Both the position numbers and the translations under genes were made by a program. DNA of 64,000 nucleotides from positions 99,386,001-99,450,000 of the forward strand of contig CM059426.1 in assembly GCA_030390025.1 (NCBI GenBank), in the 5' to 3' direction. Position 1 is the first letter of the stretch. The number at the start of each line of letters is the position of its first letter. Below the pieces are notes generated by a model, which did not search any database, was not told the origin of the DNA, and worked only from the letters and a program-made list of their open reading frames with translations. Positions 25,440 to 36,209 of this stretch are shown one piece after another. This stretch comes from Squalus acanthias (taxonomy: Eukaryota).

Positions 25440-27998
25440 TAGGGATGGGTTTCTTGAGCAGTATGTAACTGAACCGACCAGGGGGCAAGCAACCTTAGAT
25501 CTGGTCCTGTGTAACGAGACAGGATTAATTAAAAATGTCCTAGTAAAGGATCCCCTTGGAATGAGTGACCATAACATGGTTGAATTCCATATTCAATTAG
25601 AGGGTGAGAAGGTTGGATCTCAAACAAGCGTGCTAAGCTTGAATAAAGGAGACTATGAAGGTATGCGAGCGGAATTGAGTAGAGTGGATTGGGAAAATAG
25701 ATTAAAGGGTAAGACGACACATGATCAGTGGTGTACATTCAAGGAGTTATTTTACAACTTCCAAAAAAAATATATTCCACTGAAAAGAAAAGGGTGTAAA
25801 AGAAAGGACAGTCAACCGTGGCTAAGTAAAGAAATTAAGGATAGTATTCGACTAAAAACAAGGGCATATAAGGTAGCGAAATCTAGTGGGAGGACAGAGG
25901 ATTGGGAAAACTTTAAAAGGCAGCAAAAAATAACAAAAAGATTGATTAAGAAAGGGAAGATAGATTATGAAAGTAAATTAGCAAAAAATATAAAAACAGA
26001 TAGTAAGAGTTTTTATAGTTATATAAAAAGAAAAAGGGTGGCTAAAGTAAATGTTGGTCCCTTAGAGGATGAGACCGGGAAATTAATGGTGGGAAATATG
26101 GAGATGGCAAAAACACTGAATGAATATTTTGTATCAGTCTTTACAGTAGAGGACACTAAGAATATCCCAACACTGGACAAACAGGGGGCTATAGGGGGAG
26201 AGGAGCTAAACACGATCAAAATCACTAAGGAAGTGGTACTCGGTAAAATAATGGGACTCAAGGCGGATAAATCACCTGGACCTGATGGCTTACATCCTAG
26301 AGTCTTGAAGGAAGTGGCGGTAGGGATTGTAGATGCATTGGTAATAATTTTTCAAAACTCCCTGGATTCCGCTAAGGTCCCGGCAGACTGGAAAACTGCT
26401 AATGTAACACCCTTATTTAAAAAGGGCAGTAGACAGAAGGCTGGTAACTATAGACCGGTTAGCCTAACATCTGTGGTAGGTAAAATTTTGGAGTCCATTA
26501 TTAAGGAAACAGTAACAGGACATTTGGATAATCATAATTTAATAGGACAAAGTCAGCATGGTTTTACGAAGGGGAAGTCATGTTTGACAAATTTGCTGGA
26601 GTTCTTTGAGGAAGTAACATATAGAGTGGATAAGGGGGAACCAGTGGACGTAGTGTATTTAGACTTCCAAAAGGCATTTGACAAGGTGCCACACAAAAGA
26701 TTATTGCTTAAGGTAAAAAATCACGGGATTGGGGGTAATATTCTGGCATGGATAGAGGAGTGGCTATCTAACAGAAAGCAAAGAGTTGGGATAAATGGTT
26801 CATTCTCAGACTGGCAATCAGTAACTAGTGGTGTTCCACAGGGGTCAGTGCTGGGTCCCCAACTCTTCACAATCTATATTAACGATTTGGAGGAAGGGAC
26901 CAAGTGTAACATATCAAAATTTGCAGATGATACAAAGATGGGAGGGAAAGTAGTGAGTGAGGAGGACATAAAAAACCTGCAAGGGGACATAGACAGGCTA
27001 AGTAAGTGGGCAGAGATTTGGCAGATGGAATACAACACTGGAAAGTGTGAGGTGATGCACTTTGGCAGGAAAAATCCTAGAGCAATTTATTATCTTAATG
27101 GCAAGAAACTGGAGAGTACTGAAGTGCAAAGGGATCTGGGGGTCCTGGTGCACGAAACTCAAAAGGTTAGTATGCAGGTGCAGCAAGTGATTAAGAAGGC
27201 AAATGGAATGTTGGCTTTCATTGCTAGGGGGATAGAATATAAAAATAGGGAGGTATTGCTTCAGTTGTACAAGGTATTGGTGAGACCGCACCTGGAATAC
27301 TGCATACAGTTTTGGTGTCCTTACTTAAGGAAAGACATCCTTGCTCTCGAAGCAGTGCAAAAAAGGTTCACTCGGTTAATCCCGGGGATGAGGGGGTGGT
27401 CATATGAGGAGAGGTTGGGTAGATTGGGACTCTACTCATTGGAGTTCAGAAGAATGAGAGGCGATCTTATTGAAACATATAAGATTGTGAAGGGGTTGGA
27501 TCGGGTGGATGCGGGGAGGATGTTCCCGATGACGGGTGAGACGAGAACTAGGGGACATAGTCTTAGAATAAGGGGCTGCTCTTTCAAAACTGAGATGAGG
27601 AGGAACTACTTCACTCAGAGGGTGGTAGGTCCATGGAATATGCTGCCACAAAAAGCTGTAGAAGCTACAACATTAATTAAATTTAAAACAGAAATAGACA
27701 GTTTCCTAGAAGTAAAGGGCATTAAGGGTTACGGGGAGCGGGCAGGAATTTGGACATGAGTCTAGGTTCGGATCGGTCATGGCCCTGTGGGTAGTGGAGC
27801 GGGCCCAGGGACTGTGTAGCCTGATTCTGCTCCTATTTCGTGTGTGCAATTCTGTTAGATGCAGGAGATGGTTCTGTGATAGATAGTAGATTGGCGGTTA
27901 GGATCAGATCAGCCATGATCTTATTGAATGGCGGAGCAGGCTCGAGGGGCCGATTGGCCTACTCCTGCTCCTATTTCTTATGTTCTTATGTTCTTATG
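25440..27998 (+). mobile_element. Young 5'-truncated CR1 LINE, same subfamily as 57482-62110
   Basis: Open ORF2 remnant, extended 3'UTR, (TTCTTATG)3 tail. Confidence 0.95.
25561..27759 (+). CDS. CR1 ORF2 reverse transcriptase, 5'-truncated
   Basis: 732 aa ORF with KSPGPDG, YLDFQKAFD, GVPQGSVLGP, FADD. Confidence 0.95.
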   Translation: MSDHNMVEFHIQLEGEKVGSQTSVLSLNKGDYEGMRAELSRVDWENRLKGKTTHDQWCTFKELFYNFQKKYIPLKRKGCKRKDSQPWLSKEIKDSIRLKTRAYKVAKSSGRTEDWENFKRQQKITKRLIKKGKIDYESKLAKNIKTDSKSFYSYIKRKRVAKVNVGPLEDETGKLMVGNMEMAKTLNEYFVSVFTVEDTKNIPTLDKQGAIGGEELNTIKITKEVVLGKIMGLKADKSPGPDGLHPRVLKEVAVGIVDALVIIFQNSLDSAKVPADWKTANVTPLFKKGSRQKAGNYRPVSLTSVVGKILESIIKETVTGHLDNHNLIGQSQHGFTKGKSCLTNLLEFFEEVTYRVDKGEPVDVVYLDFQKAFDKVPHKRLLLKVKNHGIGGNILAWIEEWLSNRKQRVGINGSFSDWQSVTSGVPQGSVLGPQLFTIYINDLEEGTKCNISKFADDTKMGGKVVSEEDIKNLQGDIDRLSKWAEIWQMEYNTGKCEVMHFGRKNPRAIYYLNGKKLESTEVQRDLGVLVHETQKVSMQVQQVIKKANGMLAFIARGIEYKNREVLLQLYKVLVRPHLEYCIQFWCPYLRKDILALEAVQKRFTRLIPGMRGWSYEERLGRLGLYSLEFRRMRGDLIETYKIVKGLDRVDAGRMFPMTGETRTRGHSLRIRGCSFKTEMRRNYFTQRVVGPWNMLPQKAVEATTLIKFKTEIDSFLEVKGIKGYGERAGIWT

Positions 27999-28047
27999 AC
28001 TCAGCATGAAGCAACATTTGGCAAATTTCTTGCTGAAGTACAGAACT

Positions 28048-29774
28048 TCTTCTTCTTAGGCAGTCCCTCGGAACCGAGGATGACTTGCTTCCACATTAAA
28101 AATGAGTTCTCAGGTGACTGATGAGTCCAATGCGGGACCTACAGTCTCTGTCACAGGTGGGGCAGACAGTGGTTGAAGGGGCGGGTGGGTGGGGTGTTTG
28201 AGTTGACGTGCGCTCCTTGCGCTGCCTGCGCTTGGCTTCCGCTTGCTCCCGCCGAAGAGACTCGAGGTGTTCGGCGCCTTCCCGAATGCTTCTCCTCCAC
28301 TTTGTGCGGTCTTGGGCCAGGGATTCCCAGGTGTCGGTGGGGATGTTACACTTTTTCAAGGAGGCTTTGTGGGTGTCCTTGAAGCATTTCCTCTGCCCAC
28401 CTGGGGCTCTCTTGCCGTGCCGGATCTCCGAGTAGAGCGCTTGTTTTGGGAGTCTCGTATCGGGCATGCGGACAATGTGACCCGTCCATCGGAGCTGATC
28501 GAGCGTGGTCAAAGCTTCGATGCTGGGGATGTTGGCCTGAGCGAGAACCCTGACGTTGGTGCGCCTATCCTGCCAATGGATTTGCAGGATCTTGCGGAGG
28601 TAGCGTTGGTGGTACCTCTGCAGTTCTTTGAGGTGCCTGCTGTACATGGTCCATGTCTCTGAGGCATCTAGCATGGCGGGTATCACTGCTGCTCTGTAGA
28701 CCATGAGCTTAGTGCCGGGTTTGAGGTCCTGGTCTTCAAACACTCTCTTCTTCAGGCGACCGAAGGCTGCACTGGCACACTGAAGGCGGTGTTGGACATC
28801 GTCATCGACGTCTGCCCTTGTTGACAGTAGGCTCCCGAGGTATGGAAAGTGGTCCACGTTGTCCAAGGCCTTGTCATGGATTTTGATAATCGGGGGGCAG
28901 TACTGTGTGGCTGGGGCAGGTTGGTAGAGGACCTTTGTCTTACAGATGTTTAGTGTAAGGCCCATGCTCTCGTAAGCTTCGGTAAAGGTGTTGACGATGG
29001 TTTGGAGTTCGACCTCCGAGTGAGCGCAGACGCAAGCGTCGTCTGCATACTGTAATTCGACGACAGAGGATGGGATGACCTTGGATCTGGACTGGAGGCG
29101 ATGGAGGTTGAACAGTTTCCCGTTTGTTCTGAAAATTAGCTCCACTCCAGTGGCGAGCTTACTGAGGGTGAGATGGAGCATTGCAGCAAGGAAGATCAAG
29201 AAGAGCGTTGGTGCGATAACACAGCCTTGCTTGACCCCGGTTAGTACATGAATTGGGTCTGTGGTGGAACTGTTGGTCAGGATCATGGCTTGCATGTCGT
29301 CGTGAAGCAGGCGGAGGATGGTGACAAACTTTTCAGGGCAGCCGAATTTGAGGAGGACACTCCATAATCCCTCACGGTTGACAGTGTCGAAGGCCTTTGT
29401 GAGATCAAAGAAGCCCATGTACAGCGGTTGGTGCTGTTCCCTGCATTCCTCTTGTAATTGACATGCGGTGAAGATCATGTCTATTGTGCCCTTAGTGGGC
29501 GGAATCCGCATTGCGACTCTGGGAGGAGCTCTTCGGCCACTGGGAGAAGGCGATTGAGTAGGATTCTTGTGATGACTTTCCCTGTGGCAGACAGCAGGGA
29601 AACTCCTCTGTAATTACCGCAATCGGACTTGTCACCTTTCTTGAAGGTTATCACAATTATGGCATCTCTGAGAGCCCCTGGCATGCTCTCCTCCTTCCAG
29701 ATAAGAGAAATGAGTTCATGAATTCGCGCCAGTAGTGCTTCTCCGCCATGCTTTAGTGCCTTGACGGGGATTCC
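28048..29774 (-). mobile_element. 5'-truncated RTE-clade LINE, one frameshift at about 29490
   Basis: PESQCGFRP, FDLTKAFD, GVKQGCV, QYADD, C-terminal CPTC...HLRTH, (GAA)n tail; AACT duplicated at 28044-28047 and 29775-29778. Confidence 0.92.
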
Positions 29775-30455
29775 AACTGCTCCACACACTACAACTGGAT
29801 ATACCCCAGCAGAACTCTTGATGAAGAGGAGATTGAGAACACGATTGAGTCTTGTTCAACCAAATTTGGATTCAAGAGTTGAACAGAAAGAGTTGAGTCA
29901 GAAACTTTATTGTGACACCAATCAGAAAGAACGCAGTTTCAAACAAAGCGAGCGTGTTCGTGTTCTCAGTCCCCCTGGCAAGTTGAGTTCACACAAGTGG
30001 GATGTAGGAACCATAGTAGAGGTTGGTGGAACCAAGAGATATTTGGTTGAAATTGGTGACAAAATCCAAAGTGTTCATGTAGATCAAATGATCTCTGCTA
30101 GAGATGAACCAAGACGTGATCTTAAACCACTTGATCATGAACACATACATGAGTTTGACTCAGTTCAGACTTCAGAAACTGAAGTACCAGGTTCAAACAA
30201 ATCTGAGATAGAAACAGGATCATCTTTGAGTTCAGAGCCAAAACAAAACAGCCCAAAAATTGGTTCAACACCAAAACCTTCTGTCAGGAGATCAGGAAAC
30301 TCTGCAAACTTGTTATTAAACTGGATTTGTAGATCATTTTAAAAAGAAAGCCAGGAGTTTTTGTTATGTGGTACATGTAATGCTGGGAAAGGTGGGATCA
30401 TAGTTTTGTTGTATTTGAGAGGGGAATACATACATTTTTTTTAAGGGGAAAGCAG

Positions 30456-30592
30456 TGTAATGTATTATCACATGGTTTGTCACATGGTTTGGTATGAGCA
30501 TGCTCAGTTCGCTCTGGCCTAATAAAGCAAGCACATGGACTACCAACTCATCGTGTCTCTGTCCTTCATTTGTCCTACCCACATATATTACA
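30456..30592 (+). repeat. Gypsy 3' LTR (137 bp)
   Basis: Preceded by the polypurine tract aaggggaaagcag; TGTAAT...ATTACA termini; internal AATAAA. Confidence 0.85.
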
Positions 30593-30599
30593 TATATGT

Positions 30600-30750
30600 C
30601 TGTGGGACCTTGCTGTGCGCAAATTGGCTGCCGCGTTTCCCACATTACAACAGTGACTCCACTTCAAAAGTACTTCATTGTCTGTAAAGCGCTTTGAGAT
30701 GTCCGGTGGTCGTGAAAGGCGCTATATAAATGCAAGTCTTTCTTTTTTCT
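30600..30750 (+). mobile_element. Deu-SINE (SacSINE1-like) 3' fragment
   Basis: Matches the 3' part of the full SINEs at 35748 and 41575 (ggcgctatataaatgcaagtcttt tail). Confidence 0.8.
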
Positions 30751-30929
30751 TTTATTTCAACATTGTGTCCAAGAGGACACTGTGATGGTCAGTAACAGAG
30801 GAAAGGTAAGGTGTGGGACAAATGTTGAAAGGGGAATTGGGGTTGTGGTCACTGGTACCGCAGGCGGATGATCCTGGATATCCCGGCTAGAATGGGGCTG
30901 TCTGGGTTGCTTCCTCCTCTTCTGCTTCC

Positions 30930-31258
30930 TCATTCATGGGATGTGGGCATCGCTGGCAAGGCCAGCATTTATTGCCCATCCCTAATTGCCCTTGAGAAGA
31001 GGGCAGTTAAGAGTCAACCACATTGCTGTGGGTCTGGAGTCACATGTAAGCCAGACCAGGTAAGGATGGCAGATTTCCTTCCCTAAAGGACATTAATGAA
31101 CCAGATGGGTTTTTACAACAATCTGGTAGATTCATGGTCACCATTTCTGATATTAGCTTTTTATTCCAGATTTATTTTATTAACAAGTTAATTCCCCAGT
31201 TGCCATGGTGGGATTTGAACTCATGTCTCTGGATCATTAGTCCAGGCCTCTAGATTAC
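30930..31258 (-). mobile_element. Short retroposon (SINE or LINE-end derivative)
   Basis: catgggatgtgggcatcgctggcaaggccagcatttattgcccatccctaattgccc end and B-box-like gagttcaaatccc on minus; related degenerate copy at about 9135-9290. Confidence 0.55.
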
Positions 31259-31261
31259 TAA

Positions 31262-31405
31262 TACAAAAGCAAAATACTGCAGATACTGGAAATCTGAAAT
31301 AAAAACAGAAAATGCTAGAAATACTCAGCAGGTCAGGCAGCATCTGTGGAGAGAGAAACAGAGTTAACGTTTCAGGTTGATGACCTTTTGTCAGTTCTCT
31401 CTCCA
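31262..31405 (-). repeat. Penelope-type terminal repeat with degenerate hammerhead core
   Basis: Minus strand CTGACAA-aaggtcatcaacct-GAAACGTTA; related copies at 43283, 45270 and 47874. Confidence 0.6.
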
Positions 31406-32706
31406 CAACTAGAGCCCCCAAGACTGGGAGCAAGTGATGTTCTCAGAGGCCTTCCTTTCAGAGCCAAAGCCTTGCAAATGTCCAGCAGCACTCCCTGCAC
31501 TCCCTTCACACTTTAACAACTTTGTAAATGTCTTACAGCAAGCCACTACTCAAATAAAATGTTAAGAAAGCAGTACAAAAGCAAAAATCTAAACTTACCT
31601 CAAAATTGCGTGTGTGCCTTTAAGAAGCGCTGGTGGGGGGTCCGTCGTACAGCTGAATGCACATTCAGCTGTGCGTGCTTTGGAGAGACTGTTGAAAGGA
31701 GCGGTGACATCCAAAATAGCAGGACTTGCGTCAATTCAGCATTGCACACTGATTGACGTCACGATCTGACTAATTACCATATATGCAGCGAGCGCAGGCA
31801 ATGGCAGCGCTGCCAACCTGCCCAAAACCATAAACTGGCCTTATCAGCCGGCATTAAGGTGCTGAATTTCACAGCCAATCTGTTAATTATTGTGACCGTC
31901 ACCAATCTGCCCTCCATCCCTTCACAATAACATGTTTGCTTCCACATAAATGAAGCTAACTATCCTCAACATTCACCACCAAATTGCGTGCCTGCCCTTA
32001 AAGAAACATTTCTACATGCAACAGCCTCCTACTATGCAATGGGATTTTGTGAAATCAAATTTTTTTTAAATATTACTTTCATCACATTTTATGGTATAAC
32101 TAAGATTCATGACTGTTTGTTATGAGGGAAAATAAGCCACCTTTTGAAGTTAGGCTAAATAGCTCCCTCGATGTTCAGGCTTGTGAATTATTCAGCCAAC
32201 CTTAACTTCGTGGTTTATTTTATCAGGATTAACTGTTGTGTGGTGAACACAGTTTAGAATATTTGGAATCCTGTAAACTAAGCAAATATATTGTAGTTTC
32301 ACATGTTCCCCAACTCTGCCTTGTAGCACTAAACATTTGTACTGACACTGCACAATACAATTATCTCCAATTGTAAGGTGATTGTAGCATGAAGCAATAC
32401 TGACAAAATCTGTGGGAAAATAAAATATGCTATAGTTAAACAGAAATGCAGAATTAGGCACCAAAGAGGAAAGGATGTGTGCTAAATGACACTGTGGTAA
32501 ACAAAAAGATCAGCAGCCTCTGCATTAGCATAAAGATAAATTATTCCTCCTACAACATCAAAGTGCAAATGGTTAGAAACCTTCAGTGAAAGCAATGGAG
32601 AGCAATGAGATAATAATCAGATAATTAAAAGAAATAGAGATGACAAGAGAGAGGTCCAAATTACAAATATGGCTTGCCCATAATATAGCAAATTTATTGA
32701 AGTAAT

Positions 32707-33486
32707 GGGCTAAAATTTGCGGTCGGAGGCCTACCTCAGGAGTAGGCCTCCGACCCGAAAAATAATCTGAACCTACCTGCTGGCTCCTGGGCTTCAGAGA
32801 CTTCGGGTCCTGGGCCTGCAGCCGTACGCCTGCATAAAGGCCCACGGATCCCAGGGACGCAGGCGGTTCGGAAGCATCCCTGGGATCATGTGGGCCAGGT
32901 CCTCCTATCAGAAAGGAGGATTCCTCATGCTTATGGGGATTCCATTTTCGAACGGAATCCCTATTAGCATATGAGGAATCCCCAAATAATTAAATAATTT
33001 ACACAATTAGAATAAAAATAAATATTCCCATTTTCATATTTAATCAAAAGTCCCTTTAATGAAGCATTAGCAATAATAATTTAATATTTTGAAAAATATT
33101 TTTAAATATTTTAACCTGGACCAAAATTTACATAAACTAATTTTATATGTTTGTGGATGATTTGTAATTTTTTAATTTTTAATTTAACATTTATATTAAC
33201 CCTTATGCTGGTGAAAACAGGCCCTTCATCTGCTTTTACCAGGTGTAAGGGTTTTGTGGGCATTTGCTGGGCAGTAGTTGAGCAAATAGCCCAACTCTAT
33301 GCCAGCGAAAGTGATTTTTCTTTCGGTTCAGAGGATCTGTCAAGACGAACCTTGACAGATCACAAGTTCTGGGTTTTTTGCGCATGCGCAGCGCATACGG
33401 AAACACGGAACTTGCGGGGCCTTTTACAAGGCTTACAACGGCGTACACTGTGCATACGCTGTCACCGGCCCTGCAAAATCCGGGCC
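32707..33486. mobile_element. Harbinger-type MITE
   Basis: Imperfect TIRs gggctaaaatttgc / gcaaaatccgggcc, AAT on both flanks, GC-rich arms around an AT-rich core. Confidence 0.75.
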
Positions 33487-34063
33487 AATATATCACATGA
33501 CTGATAGCTGTATTAGCAACATGATTGATATTAATAGATGCAGGCTTCACAGATGGATTTATAATACTACTTACTTATTGCTTTTCTACCTGGTTGTCAT
33601 GTTATGTTATGGTGCATTCTGGGCATTATAGCTTCACAGAAGGAGGCTGAAAACTCTTCTGATGCAACTCTCTCTCTCTCACAAAACACACAATTTATCC
33701 CCAATCCCAGCATTGACAACCAAATGAAAGTTATGGCAATGGGACAGAAACAGAACCAATTCCCAGCCTCCGCAGGGAACAGCAGCCCTCTGGAAAGAAA
33801 CAGCAGTGTAACAATGTAGAATAACATACAAGCTACTGTTTGAGGAACTTCAATTATTTAGAGGAAATTACATAATCCTTTTCATGTGTTAGGTTTCTTT
33901 TAAATATCATTTATATTTTGGCTTTATATTCAGCTGGGTCAGAAATCGAAATGTTGGCTGGAACTACTTTGAAAAATAAATTGAGGAATATGATTGACTG
34001 AAATTGACGCCTTTCAAATTGTTGCTTTCTGTGAAATCTTTGATTATCTTTCTTTTAGCGATT

Positions 34064-34797
34064 GGGGCAGAAATTCGGGTCTCCACGGGTGAGAAAGTGC
34101 TGTGTACTCACCTGTAGGGCCACCGGAAGTGCCGGTTTCGCGCATGCACTGCGCATGCATGGGAAACCGGAACTTCCGGTCTCGTGAAAGAAGGGGTTCG
34201 AGGGTCAACCGCGTACGCCGGAGAGGCAGCGCGCACGCAGCGAACTTCCGTTTTTTTTACAGGTTTTGGAGTGAGGGTAAGTACGGAGAAGTTTCGCGGG
34301 AAAAAAGGAGGCGCAAGGCCTGCTTTTAACAAGGTAAGTGGTGAATTAAGTACAATTTAAACATTTTTTCAACAGGTTTATCTTTTTTAGATACTTTAAA
34401 GAAAGGTAAGTTTATTTTTAGCACCGTTAAAAAGTGTAATTAATTTTTTCAAAAATTTACATTTTTGTTTAAAGTAGTTAATTTATGAAATTTATAGTTA
34501 TTTTTAAAATGTGATTTTTAAAAAAAATTATTTGAAGTTTTAAGTGAGGTTTTGGGGCCTGTCAAAATCTATGAATGGAGATTCCCTGCTCCGATTGGCT
34601 CTCCATGGCCCACGTGATCCCAGGGGAGGCTTCGAACTAACTGCGCTCCTGGGATACGCAAGCACTGCGCACCGGCAGCTGCAGGAGGCCCAGAAGCTGA
34701 AGTCCACGCAGGCCCGAAGCACAACGGCAGGTGCGGCAGGTAAGTACGCATGCGATTCTTATACCCGCGGGAAGCCGGAGAGCCGAATTTCTGGCCC
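34064..34797. mobile_element. Harbinger-type MITE related to 32707-33486, opposite orientation
   Basis: TIRs ggggcagaaattcgg / ccgaatttctggccc; flanks ATT/AAT. Confidence 0.8.
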
Positions 34798-35376
34798 AAT
34801 GTGATTTCCTATTTTATTTGAGCCAGAGAAAGCACGATACTTGATATTTCTCTGCTACAGATATACTTAATAGTGTATATTTTATGAATGATGATGCAGC
34901 TTTAAAATCCTCTTCCTTGTCTTGTTCCACTCAACCTCCACAATCTCCTGCAACCCTATATTCTTCATCACTGAACTCCCTGCTCTCTGACTCTGGTCTT
35001 TTGCACATCTTTCCCTTCCTCCCTTTGCATTTACAGTAGCAGAGGGATGCTCAACTGCCTGGGTCCTAATCACTGGGATTTCCTCTCTAAATCCTTTCAT
35101 CTCATCACCTCTCTCTATTCTCCTTTAAAAACCTCCTCAAAACCCATCTCTTTGATCAAGCCTTTGATCAGCCCTCCTAAACTCTTTTTTGGGTCGGCAT
35201 CCATTTTCCGTACTCTAATCTATGAATTGCCTTGGAAACTTTTTCACGTCAAAGACGCTATATAAATGGAAGTTATTCCTGTTGTTGAATTTGCAGAGCT
35301 GCCCCTTGAACTAAAAGCATATCCTAAATTTTCCCTCACCATTAATGGGAATTTGCTGGTCTAATGCATGGCATTA

Positions 35377-35729
35377 GAACACAGAACATAGAAAAATAGG
35401 AGCAGGAGCAGGAGTAGAGCCTGCTCCGCCATTCAATATGATCATGGCTGATCCTCTATCTCAATACCATATTCCCGCTATCTCCCCATACCCCTTGATG
35501 CCTTTTGTGTCTAGAAATTTATCTATCTCCTTCTTAAATATATTCAGTGACTTGGCCTCCACAGCCTTCTGTGGTAGAGAATTCCACAGGTTCACCACCC
35601 TCTGAGTGAAGAAATTTCTCCTCATCTCAGTCCTAAATGTCCTACCCCATATCCTGAGACTGTGACCCCTCGTTCTAGACCCCCCAGCCAGGGGAAACAT
35701 CCTCCCTGCATCCAGTCTGTCTAGCCCTG
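35377..35729 (-). mobile_element. CR1 3' fragment
   Basis: MFPLAGGSRTRGHSLRI...GIKGYGE and tail. Confidence 0.9.
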
Positions 35730-35747
35730 TGTGCCTTTGGAAAAAAA

Positions 35748-36205
35748 AGAAAGTCTTACATTTATATAGTGCCTTTCACGACCACCGGACGTCTCAAAGC
35801 GCTTTACAGCCAATGAAGTACTTTTTGAAGTGTAGTTACTGTTGTAATGTAGGAAACAGGGCAGCCAATTTGTGCACAGCAAGCTCCCACAAGCAGCAAT
35901 GTGATAATGACCAGCTAATCTGTTTTTTGTTATGTTGAGTGAGGGATAAATTTTGGCCAGGACACCGGGGATAACTCCCCTGCTCTTCTTCAAAATAGTT
36001 CCATGGGCTCTTTTGCGTCCACCTGAGACAGCAGATGGGGCCTTGGTTTAACGTCTCATCCGAAAGATGGCACCTCCGACAGTGCAGCACTCCCTCAGCA
36101 CTGCACAGGAGTGTCAGCCTAGCTTTATGTGCTATAAGTCCCTGGAGTGGGACTTGAACCCACAACCTTCTGACTCAGTGTGCTATCCACTGAGCCACAG
36201 CTGAC
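35748..36205 (-). mobile_element. tRNA-derived Deu-domain SINE (SacSINE1-like), near full length
   Basis: A box (tggctcagtgg) and B box (ggttcaagtcc) on minus, Deu-like core, gcactatataaatgtaagac tail; family name from recall. Confidence 0.8.
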
Positions 36206-36209
36206 ATGC

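Larger units (their letters stand above)
25030..30592 (+). mobile_element. Deleted Gypsy LTR retrotransposon (integrase remnant, PPT, 3' LTR)
   Basis: Integrase motifs VDSHSKWIE, HGLPEEVISDNG, PPYHPALNGAADR, TAPHTTTGYTPAELL in three pieces (about 25051-25437, 27999-28047, 29775-30342); 18 bp of LTR start at 25030 identical to 30456. Confidence 0.85.
24082..31876 (+). mobile_element. Non-autonomous Harbinger derivative (24082-25029 and about 30752-31876) hosting nested insertions
   Basis: RERAPRVSDTALKAFLQ...TWLQCPKKLHDL Myb/SANT remnant; colinear with the uninterrupted relative at 43668-46015. Confidence 0.75.

Noticed and set aside
36140-36205. tRNA gene
   Set aside because: The A/B boxes belong to a SINE head and I see no complete cloverleaf.
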